64,000 nucleotides of DNA from Corallochytrium limacisporum Hawaii (taxonomy: Eukaryota > Protista > Pluriformea). Numbering within the stretch: the first letter of the stretch is position 1; each line of letters starts with the position of its first letter. A model generated the notes under the pieces. That model did no database searches and was not told the origin of the DNA. It was given only the letters and a program-made list of their open reading frames with translations. The position numbers and the translations under genes were made by a program. The stretch lies in NCBI GenBank assembly GCA_002811645.1, contig PDIP01000258.1:1-64000 (forward strand), in the 5' to 3' direction. Below are positions 1-9,989 of this stretch, piece by piece.

Positions 1-1266
1 ACACCGTTGAAGAGCAATGGTACTCCACATTCAGTTCGAGAAGCTGCCCGTATTCTGACGGAGCACAATCAGAGGATCGGCGGACCGCGCGTTACAAAGG
101 ATGACATCCAAAGATTGAAGGCAAGGGGAACCCTGGATGTGGTCAAGCAAAGGGAACGTCCTCACTTAGATCTTCGGGCCAGGATTCAAAGACTTCGTTT
201 TGCGCGAAACTTGTTTGGATCGGACGGAAGATGTGAACCTTTAGATGACTGCATTCACATTGATGAGAAATGGTACATACCGGATGAAAAGAACGGGAAG
301 ATAATATACGTTGTTGGAACAGAGCCACAACGTCACCTTCCAGTCCGAAGAGATCTTCAGGGAACGATCAAAGCTCAACACATTGTCGCAGTAGCAAAAC
401 CTCGTGTTTGGATGAGTGGCAGGAGAAAGGAGACATTTGATGGCAAGCTGCTCTGCCACCCCTGCATACAAGAGAAAGTGGCAAAAAGAGATAGCAAGAA
501 TCGGCCAAAGGGAACCATTGAACAGGTTCAACAAAGCGTAAATGGCGACGTGTTTTTTGATGTACTCGTCAACAAGTTACTTCCTGCCATTGTGGAGAAA
601 TGGCCAAAGGACTGGGACCGGAACAGGCCCATTAGACTGTGGATGGACAATGCGGGGGTTCATAAGAGAGTGATGTTCGGAACCCTCTCTTCAAAATGGG
701 AAAAGGCTGTGAAGACTTGGGAAGATCACACTGGCCTGCGCATTGTGTTCTTCCCACAGCCCGCATGGAGCCCTGATCTGAATATGCTAGACCTTGGCCT
801 CTTCAGGTCCTTAGACAGAGCTAGAGTTAGGGAACACCGCCTCAGTACTTTGAATGATCTGGTGGACAACATTCGCAACGCTTATGATACATGGGATTCG
901 GATGCAATCGCACGATGCTGGCGCACTCTCATGGACAACATGGTGGCAATCATGGAACATGACGGAGGCAACTTCTTTCAAACCCCACATAGTAAGAAGC
1001 AACTTGTGGCTGAACTAGACTATGGCGTGCCCTGTGTGGACACGGATTTTCTGGATCGAGTCATAGACACAGAAATGAAACTGCGGATGCTTGATACGAA
1101 TAGTGCAGGTGCCATAGATGCGGGGAGGGCACCCAATTCGTCGGATACCAGTCATCCACCACCTGACACCATTCGACAAAATGGGCCAGAAATGCCATCA
1201 AACAATGTTTCTTCGCCATCAAACCTGACATGGATGTATTTTAGACATTGGTTTTCTTCACGGTAG
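1..1266 (+). CDS. mariner-type DDD transposase (5'-truncated by the window edge)
   Basis: Motifs IHIDEKW, FDGKL, AKRDSKNRPKGT, WMDNAGVH, QPAWSPDLNMLDLGLF, GGNFFQTPHSKK. The frame is open to position 1; the track's start at 7 is a TTG. Confidence 0.9.
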   Translation, partial: TPLKSNGTPHSVREAARILTEHNQRIGGPRVTKDDIQRLKARGTLDVVKQRERPHLDLRARIQRLRFARNLFGSDGRCEPLDDCIHIDEKWYIPDEKNGKIIYVVGTEPQRHLPVRRDLQGTIKAQHIVAVAKPRVWMSGRRKETFDGKLLCHPCIQEKVAKRDSKNRPKGTIEQVQQSVNGDVFFDVLVNKLLPAIVEKWPKDWDRNRPIRLWMDNAGVHKRVMFGTLSSKWEKAVKTWEDHTGLRIVFFPQPAWSPDLNMLDLGLFRSLDRARVREHRLSTLNDLVDNIRNAYDTWDSDAIARCWRTLMDNMVAIMEHDGGNFFQTPHSKKQLVAELDYGVPCVDTDFLDRVIDTEMKLRMLDTNSAGAIDAGRAPNSSDTSHPPPDTIRQNGPEMPSNNVSSPSNLTWMYFRHWFSSR

Positions 1267-1526
1267 TGATGGATGTGGACAAAAAATTTTTTTCTACGAC
1301 TACGAGATCTTCGATGTCAAGTTAGTGTGAAAAGGATCAATTTTTTCAAGTACGCTTGAGTGTCTATGCAATCGGTGAACGAAATATTTGACAGTGATTC
1401 AATGTATAATAGGATTAAATGATAAATTTAGAAATCATAAAATGAGTTACTAAATCACGATTAAAAAGTGTGATCGGGGTTCTCGTTTTCGTGCGATTTG
1501 TCTCATACTTAGGAGACAGAGGGTGG
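1..1526 (+). mobile_element. Tc1/mariner DNA transposon (plant-mariner/DD39D-related), right-hand part; left end lies outside the window
   Basis: Transposase ORF, AT-rich 3' region, then ...TTTGTCTCATACTTAGGAGACAGAGGGTGG followed by TA (1527-1528). The reverse complement CCACCCTCTGTCTCCTAAGTATGAGAC resembles plant mariner/Stowaway TIRs (CTCCCTCYGT...). Confidence 0.7.
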
Positions 1527-1913
1527 TAAACGTACCGCAGAACCGCAAGTGACACTATTTTTAGCTAGGGGCTGTCGTGTTACGAGGAAGATTGGGTTCT
1601 CCGTGCGTATATCCAGCTGGGTACATCGATATTCTTTGTGCACTGATGCGTATTGTTCGCGTCCAGGACCGACGGTCGTGACCATGGGCTGATAGATTTT
1701 GGTTCCTTGCCCTGATCTGAGGGGCGGTGTGCTGTGCGCAGTGGAACCCAGAAATGGGGAGGCCCTGTTTGTGTGCAGATTTTCTGTAGAATGTGAATGA
1801 AAATCAGAAGCTATGTTACGTCCACTGTTTGGTTGGTAGTAGTGCTTCAATCAACAGACCGTAGAGTACTATAAATAGTGTTCCTGGGCCAGATTTAGCT
1901 CGAGCAGCTCATA

Positions 1914-3050
1914 ATGTATTTGAGGACCACACTCTTGGGAATCCGTAATCTGGTAGTTTCTTCAGGTGTGATAGCGAGAATTCCCCACAACTTGGCCTAC
2001 AGTCGTCGTACATTCTTTACGTCAGGACACCACCAGCAAAACATGACGCGTGCAATCGTAGTAAACGGTATCCTCTCCGGCCCACAGGAGATGCGGGTTT
2101 CCAATGATTGGAAGCTACGCGAAGTCGGAGACACCGACGTCGAGGTCGACATCAAAGCCATCGGTGCCAACTTCTTCGACATTCTCATGGTGCAGGGTAA
2201 ATACCAGCACAAGCCCGATCCTCCTTACGTACCCGGAGCAGAGTACGCTGGTATTGTCACTAAGGTGGGCAACGGTGTGACCAAAGTGAAAGTTGGAGAC
2301 CGCATCTTTGGTGGCACTTTGGAGGGCGCCTACTCCGATAAGATTGTTGTCAACGAAATGCAAGTTTTCCCTTTGCATGACCGTCTGTCCTTTGAACAAG
2401 GAGCCGGTATCTACGTGACCTATCCGACGTCCTGGGCGGCCCTGACTCTTCGCGCTAATGTACAACCTGGTGAAACTGTCCTTGTCCACGCCGCCGCTGG
2501 CGGTGTGGGCATCTGTGCTGTGCAGATCGCTAAACTGCTTGGAGCCAAGGTCATTGCCACTGCTGGAAGTGATGAGAAACTGAAAATTGTGAAGGAGAAG
2601 GTCGGAGCCGACTACACAATCAACTACCGGACCCAGGACTGGATCAAGGAAGTCAAGAAGATTACCGGTGGCAAGGGTGCTGATGTCGTGTATGATCCTG
2701 TAGGTCTGATTGAGGAGAGTCTGCGCTGCATCAATTGGAACGGTAGGATCCTGGTCATTGGCTTCGCTGCCGGTACCATTCCCAAGATTGCCGTGAACCG
2801 AATCCTGCTGAAGAACTGCTCTGTGGTGGGTCTGCACTGGGGTGCCTATACATACAACGAGCCAGAAGCTGTGCCTGGTGTCTGGGAAAAGCTCCTAACC
2901 AACTTCGCTTCTGGCAAGCTCACTCCGATTGTCTACGAACGAGTCTATGACGGGCTGGAGCAAGCTGGAGAAGCCCTCACGGCACTGGGCAATCGCCAAA
3001 CCTACGGCAAGGTGATCGTGCGTCCCAACGGTCAAAGCGCTCGCATGTAA
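1914..3050 (+). CDS. NADPH:quinone oxidoreductase / zeta-crystallin-like MDR enzyme
   Basis: IGANFFDILMVQGKYQ..PPYVPGAEYAG, VLVHAAAGGVG, GADVVYDPVG, GRILVIGFAAG, YGKVIV. Second ATG at 2043; C-terminal ARM. Confidence 0.9.
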   Translation: MYLRTTLLGIRNLVVSSGVIARIPHNLAYSRRTFFTSGHHQQNMTRAIVVNGILSGPQEMRVSNDWKLREVGDTDVEVDIKAIGANFFDILMVQGKYQHKPDPPYVPGAEYAGIVTKVGNGVTKVKVGDRIFGGTLEGAYSDKIVVNEMQVFPLHDRLSFEQGAGIYVTYPTSWAALTLRANVQPGETVLVHAAAGGVGICAVQIAKLLGAKVIATAGSDEKLKIVKEKVGADYTINYRTQDWIKEVKKITGGKGADVVYDPVGLIEESLRCINWNGRILVIGFAAGTIPKIAVNRILLKNCSVVGLHWGAYTYNEPEAVPGVWEKLLTNFASGKLTPIVYERVYDGLEQAGEALTALGNRQTYGKVIVRPNGQSARM

Positions 3051-4179
3051 GAAGTCAACAAGCGGTCCTGAACATTCACCAGCAGTTCATTGAACTTTTT
3101 GTAGTACACCTCCTATTGTCAAGTAGACCAGTCAAGCGCCTATTCCGTCTTTGAAGGGGTGCCTTTCTTCCAAGCCAGTACAAACCCCTCCCCTTCGGTG
3201 ACCCGGGCCTCCCCGTGGCCCGGTATTTTAATAGACCCCCAATAAATCTCTACAATAATCTCAAATCGGGGTGACCCGCAAGACCTCCACACAGCCCCCC
3301 CCCCCTTCCCCACCAGACGCAAACATTCTCCCTTCGGCTTGCTCCGCGTTTCGGGCAAAAAACAGCTGAAGGGGGGAGCTGCGGGGCCAGGGAAGGAAGC
3401 CCCGCAGCGGGGTGGGAATTCGTTGGTCCATGAGCAGCCGAAAAGGCTTTTGAGGACGAGTGCGTGTGCGTTTGGGGTCAGGCGGCACACACGGCGAACA
3501 CTTCGGAAAAAGTCGGGATCGGGAATCGAACACACAAAGATTGACAGACAGGACTCTCGGGACAAAAAAAACAAAAGAAACGAGGAAGGAACACCGCATC
3601 CTTTACTAAATGAATGGGGAAATATACCAAATCCAACACCCGCCTGACTGACGTGCCGTCGAAACCGATGTTTCTCCTTTTGGGGACACGAAGCAAGGGG
3701 ACCGGTACCCTTGTCCCTTCACAGCTTCCCAGCAATGGCAAGCCCAAAAAATACTGGAAAGAAGACATCCGGGACGGGCAAACCCGTTCGGCATTCGCGT
3801 GGGGTGGCAGCCCTAATGGTGATCGTCCTCCCTTCCGAGGACACATACAAACGAACCATCCATCCAACTGTTCACGTTCTGCGATCAGTGTGTGCAAGAG
3901 GAATACAAATAGAACACGCCAGCCAAAGACCCCCTCCTCCCTCATGTGAAAAAGCCCCGGAAAGAAAAGGGGAAGAAAGCTAATTGGAATGAAGACGGGA
4001 CCGGAGGACGGGTGCTCTGAGGGACAACCAACAACTCCCCAACCGGGGTTCCCCCCACGAATTGCCCCAGACACGGCAGTGGCATACACCACGGCCATCG
4101 TCGCACACACGCGGAAACACGGGGCACCTGTAAACTCAGATGATGCTCTCGTTTGATGGCGCTACACAATCTTGTTCTT

Positions 4180-5000
4180 TATACCACCCGAGGTTTAATA
4201 CTCAAGGAAAGTGTGCCGTGCGTGCAGCTAAATGTCGTATGCCTGTGTGCTATGTCGGCGCGCGTTTGGTGATGTTTATGGAATGCGGATGATGCACCGG
4301 TCTCCAAGTCCCCTCGTGGTAAATCCCCTGAAAAGCCCAAAACCGGATGTGTTAGTTGGAAGTTCCTCGACATCAACAGTGCTTACCAAAAGCTTCCGTT
4401 CCTTGTAACACTGGCTTGCTTTGGTGTTCCAGGCCACAGCCGACTCGCCATCACTGTGATGGTGATGATGATGACATTGAAGATTGACGCGATGAAGCCG
4501 ATGTGTGAGCTGTCAGGTGCCAGAGAATACTTTCACAGGGGGTTCCGTTCCTAGATGGACATCCTCAGACATCCGTTAATACGATGGAAGAAGTGGATTT
4601 GGTAGTGGGTGTCTTTCGAGATCCAACTTCCGTGTCTTATCTATCACATTCTAGTGGTGGTTCTTCCCGCATCGCAATTTGTACAGACCTGGTGGTTTGG
4701 CTGGTCCCTTCATTGTTAGGGACGGTTCCAAGTGAAGAGCCCTGGGGATTGCTTTCTGTCCCGTCCGGATTGTGCCCGAGGATTTCGAACTCTTCATGCA
4801 GCACGGGCTCATATGTCCACGGACCGCGTGTGCGGTCTGATACTGGGGACCAGCTCTACTAGCCAAACGGTTTCTGTTTGGTTGGGTGTTAGTTTGTTAA
4901 AGTGACCAAGCTCTCCCGGTTCCAAATTCCTTCCTTCATACGTACAACGCGCCTACGGGCACGCCTCCTTCCCTAACCCTCGCCACCAACTCCCTCACCC
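4180..5000 (-). ncRNA. probable spliced non-coding transcript (ends approximate) with introns 4945-4874 and 4386-4328
   Basis: Two minus-strand intron signatures: GTACGT...ACTAAC...CAG (72 nt) and GTAAGC...ACTAAC...TTTTCAG (59 nt). No long ATG-initiated ORF found in the joined exons. Confidence 0.4.
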
Positions 5001-5057
5001 GGCTTTTGAAGCACGAGCGAAAGGTTCCGCCCCCTGGTGTTTGTTTAAAAGCCTCTA

Positions 5058-5077
5058 CCACACACACACACACACAC
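5058..5077. repeat. (CA)n microsatellite
   Basis: cacacacacacacacacac run. Confidence 0.9.
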
Positions 5078-6880
5078 GCGGAGCAATCTCCGGCCGAACA
5101 GTGTCGGATGTAAACACTTACCGCACTGTCCGGCCCCGTGCCCAATAAAAATCGCATCGTCACTCAGCCCCGCAAATCCTTCCTCCCTCCTTTCTCCCTT
5201 CCTCTTCTGCCTCTCTCTCACACTCTCCCTTCGTTTTCCCCAACCCCCCCTCCCTTCCCCCAAGGCCGATAGAGAAGGGCAGGAGGGGCGAGCGAACTTT
5301 TGAATGGCCCTGGCCGTGCTTTTGTATGGCCTCTGCGGTGTGAGAAAAATAAACGGCAAAGGATCGAAAATTTCTTCACCGCTCCTGCCGGTCCACGTTT
5401 TGTTTTGCCAGCGCAATTGTCATACTTTCACCATACACAACGTGGCTGGACAGTGGTTTCCGTCTCCCGTTTCCCGCCCCGTGCACAGCCACAGCTCACT
5501 CTTCTGTCCCTTGTGCGCCTGTCTCTGTGTCTCCGTGTCTCTCTCTCGCAAGCCGTGTCTGTCTGTCTGTCTCCTGCTGCGTTCTAACTCGGCCGCCTTC
5601 TCTCCGTGCCGTTTTGGTTGGGACTGGTGTGTGGTGGGTGCTAGCGGGAGTATTGGCGACAAGACAACATGCAACGGTGGTAGTGGCCTTCTTGCCATAT
5701 GAGCACGCGACTTTACTGCAAGGAGGGCAATGGGATAGCCTCCGTCTACCGTGGATGTGACTGAGATTCTGTTTTTGGGATTAAATGACTGTGCAGAGCT
5801 CGGTAGCGCATTGCCACCAGGATATCGTTTGATCTCAAATATACTTATCAGTGAGCATCGCCGTAATGACGATTGTCTGTGACTACTACATTGTATGCTT
5901 CTGAATCATGTGGATGGTGCTGACGATGTCCATGAATATACCTATGCATGCTTACTGGCAAGCTAATGACCAGATGCCAGATCTGCGGCCTGGATGCCAG
6001 ACGTCCGGTTCCCGAAACCATTCGCCGTCACTTCAGGGGGGCTCCGGGAAGTGGGGTGGTGGTAGGTAGCAGTGAGGTGCACATGGAGGGTCCTGGGATC
6101 GGTCTACACGGGAGATACACACACACACACTGCAATTTCAAGGGAAACCGAAGCCATTATCGCACACGGCTACTGCGTGTGTCCCGATTGTTGCAGTTGC
6201 ATTATTTTTTTTTCTCCTCCTGGCCTTGGGTATACACTGTCCTTCTCGCCCAGCCAGCACCCGTCGTCCGTCCCGGTCGCTTTAGGAGGCAGAACCGACC
6301 AGAGTGGCTTCTGTTGCTCTTGTGCTTCGCTCGACCCTGGACGGGCGAAGCACCGACCCAAACCCCCCCCCCCTTCTCCAGCGCTTCCGCCTTCTCTCTG
6401 TTTTGCCCCCCCCCCCCGGGGGGAGGGGGCTTTCTTCGAAACCTTTCTCGATTGAAGGGGGTTGTGGGGGGGTTTGGTTGTGCCCAAGTTTCATAGTTTA
6501 CTATGGGGAGAGCAGGGAATCGGGAAGGGACTCAGGTCTGTCCATTATTTTGTTGGCCCGTGGGGGGGGGCCAGGGAGCAAGTGTTCATTCTCTCTCCTT
6601 TCTGTGGTTCTCCCAGTCCTTTTTTTTTTCTCAGTTTTCTTATTTTGTATTTTTTTCAGCGGAAGAAGGCGGGGTGGAGTAGCGGTTGGACAGGGGTTTT
6701 GGCAAGGAATGCCAGTTTTTTAATTTTGGTTTAGTTTGGTTGGAACGAGGAGGGGGTGCCGGTCGAAAGTTTTAGGGAGGAAGAATTGTTTAAGAGGCGA
6801 AAGCGAGAAGAAAAGGGAACGCACCAGAGCAGGTTCCAAGGCACAAGGGCCAGACGGGACAGACGGGACAGACCTAAAGC

Positions 6881-6882
<2 letters not shown>

Positions 6883-6918
<36 letters not shown>
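6883..6918. repeat. (GA)n microsatellite
   Basis: About 18 GA units, preceded by a short cagacggga tandem (6851-6873). Confidence 0.95.
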
Positions 6919-6920
<2 letters not shown>

Positions 6921-7276
6921 AAGACAGAGAAGCCGCCCCTTTTGCCCGTTGGCCCTTCGTAGCGCCCGCGCCCGGTTCCTCGCTCTGTCTCCCTGTCTCG
7001 TCCTCGCCGCCAGGCAGGAAGGGGGGGGGGCCACTCGGGTCCCATTTCTGAGTGTTGCCTTCCTCGGGTGCGATAGGCAGATGCTAGGATTTTCGAAAAT
7101 CCAATATTCACGGTCCGTGTCGGATCTTCCGTGCTCCTGAAGAAAATTTTACCTTTTGGAAACTTTACGATTGGAACCAGTGGGACATGGAGAGGGCAAA
7201 CGGAGCAACAGGTAGCGTTGGCCTCGTTTGCATTTGAGAAAGTTGGACCACAGGACGAATACAGGCATGGGTGTTG

Positions 7277-7297
7277 GTGTGTGTGTGTGTGTGTGTG
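7277..7297. repeat. (GT)n microsatellite
   Basis: gtgtgtgt run. Confidence 0.9.
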
Positions 7298-7615
7298 CGT
7301 GTCTCTTTTGCAAAGAAGGGAGTGGGTTGTTTATGGGGGTATTTGTGATCCGGATCTAGTCAGTCAAGACGCTTTTGCTTAAACACTGTTGATTATCTCT
7401 TCATCTATTTCCCCGTGACGGAGTAGAATCGGTTCTTTGAAGGGAGTTCCCTAGGGTTTCTTTAAATTAGAGACGGGTAATAGTTTCTTTGGCAAGCCAT
7501 AGCGAACAGCAAACTAACGGTGCTGCAAATCCACTACGATAAGCGGTTCCTAACACAAACGTTCACCGGGCTAGAAACGTCGAACAGATAAATAAGCAAG
7601 GAACGTCAACGAAGC

Positions 7616-9661
7616 ATGAAGTTTGGTCGCGTTCTGGCCGAGGCCAGTGACAATGAGTGGAAGTTCCACTACGTGTCCTATTCCGAACTCAAGGCTTTCC
7701 TCAAGTCTCGTAGTACCGGCAAGGACGGACAGAGCGATCGCTCCATGTGGAGCGAGGATGACGAGGCCGAGTTCATCCAACTGCTCGACAAAAATTTGGA
7801 GCGCGTGTCGGCCTGGTGTCGGGCCAAGCAGGATGAGTTCAATCGCAAGCTGGACTACCTCCAGAAGGAAGCAGAAAAGGTCACTGAGGCCATGATCCAG
7901 GCTCAGGGTGCTCCCTTCCAGAATCTGCGCAACCAACTCGACGAACTCGCCGAAGAGGTCGCTCTCCTCAGCAAGTATGCTGCCGTGAACTACACTGCGT
8001 TCATGAAGATCCTCAAGAAGCACGACAAGGTCACTCCGTTCAGCCTGAAGCCGAGCTTTAGCGTGCGCATCGACCGTAAGCCGTTTTACCGCATGGACTT
8101 TAGTCCATTGATTCTGGGGGTCAGTCGCCTGTACAGTCGTTGGAACCTGCAGCCAACCAGCCCTGTCTTCTCAAATCTTGGGGATGTCATTTTCAACGAA
8201 TCTTCGGAGCGCTCTAGCACGTACTGGGTGCGCAAGGAGGATGCCACCGACGTCAAGCTGATGATTACCAAGCACCTGCCCGTGTTGGTGTTCAAGCGCC
8301 AGGACGACGATACCTCCAGCGCCTTCCTGTCCACGCTCTACTTTGATGACGACAACCTGAACATTTACCACTCTCGCATGAATCAGAACGAGAAGAGTCA
8401 TACTCTGTCCATCAATTGGTATGGTGAGGACTCCAAGCCCGACCTGGTCTGGATCGAGCGCCGCATTCGCGAGAACAGCTACCATGGCAACGTTCTGCAG
8501 TCCGAGAAGGTCATTCTGAAGGGCAAGATGGTCATGGATTTCATTACGGGTCGGATTGACCCAGCGTCTCTGAGGGAAAAGTTCGGCGACCTGACTGGCA
8601 AGTCCGGTGCCGAGCTCGATGACGCCGTGAACAACGCCCGGAGTGTGCAGAACGAGATCCTGGAGAAGGGACTGAAACCCTTAGTCCGTGTTGTATGCAA
8701 GCGCACCACCTTCCAGGGCGCCAACCCCGGGTCCGGTCCGCGCATCATCATGAACAGCGAGGCTGTCATTCTGCGGGAACGTCTACCTGGTCAGGATCTG
8801 GGCACCAAGGAGTGGTGCCGCCAGGACGCCAAGGCCTACCCATACTCTAACATTCCCGCTGCAGAGATTGACCATCTCTCCAACGACGTCGTGGACGTGC
8901 GCATCAGTGAGGCTGACAAAGAAAATCAGAATAACATCACCTGGCTGCGCCGCCTGACCTCAAGCCGCTGGCTCACCGAGGTTCCTCGCTTTTCCTTCTT
9001 TGCCCACGGCTGTGCCGTGTTTAACGAGAAGCAAATCAACCTGCTGCCCTTCTGGTTCCACAAAGAGGACGTGGAGCGTCCTGCGGTGGACGAAATTGAT
9101 GGCGGCGGCCTAAACGGTGCACATAAGGGAAGCGCACGCGGGTCAGCACGGGGTGGCAATGACCTGGCCAAGGCTATGGAGCCCAACAATGAGGATGAAG
9201 CCAACGAAAAGACACCGCTGCTGTCAGCGGCACCGCGTAAGGGACAACGCGTCGGTGGTGCGAGTGGCGGTGCAAGCTCGCCGCCCCAGATCAATGTGAC
9301 TATCCCTTCGGAACCGCCGAAGAAGCGCATACAGGTCCCGGTCCGTGTTGAGCCCAAGGTCTTCTTCGCCAACGAACGTACCTTCCTGAACTGGCTTCAC
9401 ACAGCTATTTACATTTCCACCATCGGTGTTGCACTGCTGAACTTTGGCGATCGCACTGCCATGATTGCCGGTATCATCCTCGTACCGTTGGCCATGGTGT
9501 TTATCTTCTACTCCCTAGTCATCTACTTCTGGCGTGCAAAGATGATCAACGAACGCAGTGCCGGACCATACGATGACCGCATCGGTCCCATCATGTTGGT
9601 CAGCGGTCTGGTTCTGGCCATGCTGATCAACTACATCATCCGTCTCGTAGACCATGCCTAA
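7616..9661 (+). CDS. vacuolar transporter chaperone (polyphosphate complex) subunit, SPX + VTC + 3-TM; Vtc2/3-like, probably non-catalytic
   Basis: SPX motifs MKFG..YVSYSELK and NYTAFMKILKKHDK; VTC core TLYFDD..IYHSR; VRVEPKVFFANERTFLNW followed by three TM helices and GPYDDRIGP. Confidence 0.9.
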   Translation: MKFGRVLAEASDNEWKFHYVSYSELKAFLKSRSTGKDGQSDRSMWSEDDEAEFIQLLDKNLERVSAWCRAKQDEFNRKLDYLQKEAEKVTEAMIQAQGAPFQNLRNQLDELAEEVALLSKYAAVNYTAFMKILKKHDKVTPFSLKPSFSVRIDRKPFYRMDFSPLILGVSRLYSRWNLQPTSPVFSNLGDVIFNESSERSSTYWVRKEDATDVKLMITKHLPVLVFKRQDDDTSSAFLSTLYFDDDNLNIYHSRMNQNEKSHTLSINWYGEDSKPDLVWIERRIRENSYHGNVLQSEKVILKGKMVMDFITGRIDPASLREKFGDLTGKSGAELDDAVNNARSVQNEILEKGLKPLVRVVCKRTTFQGANPGSGPRIIMNSEAVILRERLPGQDLGTKEWCRQDAKAYPYSNIPAAEIDHLSNDVVDVRISEADKENQNNITWLRRLTSSRWLTEVPRFSFFAHGCAVFNEKQINLLPFWFHKEDVERPAVDEIDGGGLNGAHKGSARGSARGGNDLAKAMEPNNEDEANEKTPLLSAAPRKGQRVGGASGGASSPPQINVTIPSEPPKKRIQVPVRVEPKVFFANERTFLNWLHTAIYISTIGVALLNFGDRTAMIAGIILVPLAMVFIFYSLVIYFWRAKMINERSAGPYDDRIGPIMLVSGLVLAMLINYIIRLVDHA

Positions 9662-9989
9662 GAAAGAACATGCAATGCTCAGTATGCAGGAAACAAAACG
9701 AAGGAAAATCGCAGCATTTGGTTCACCATCACCGTGATCCGTGTCGGAGACGTTTTAGTGTGTGAACCCTTTCGAAGATGAATCCTCGCCATTTAATCAT
9801 ATCTCACCACCGCAGCTCCTGCATACACATGCACCCAATTATGTGAGAACATAAAGCCAATCTCACTACAGCACGTCAGAACAAAAACGCAGTTTTCCGC
9901 TCGTTGTCAGAAGACTATTGAGAATATACAAATTTAAAAGCTGTTGTAGAACTTAAGAATCAGTCTCTCGTCCACGCCATGCCACACTA

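Noticed and set aside
2115-2837. Long antisense ORFs (also 34691-35299, 43897-44628, 46412-47035)
   Set aside because: Shadow ORFs opposite well-supported genes, explained by codon bias.
3140-7382. Many 60-210 aa ORFs in the track
   Set aside because: They are translations of homopolymer and microsatellite DNA, with non-ATG starts, no motifs and overlaps in all frames.
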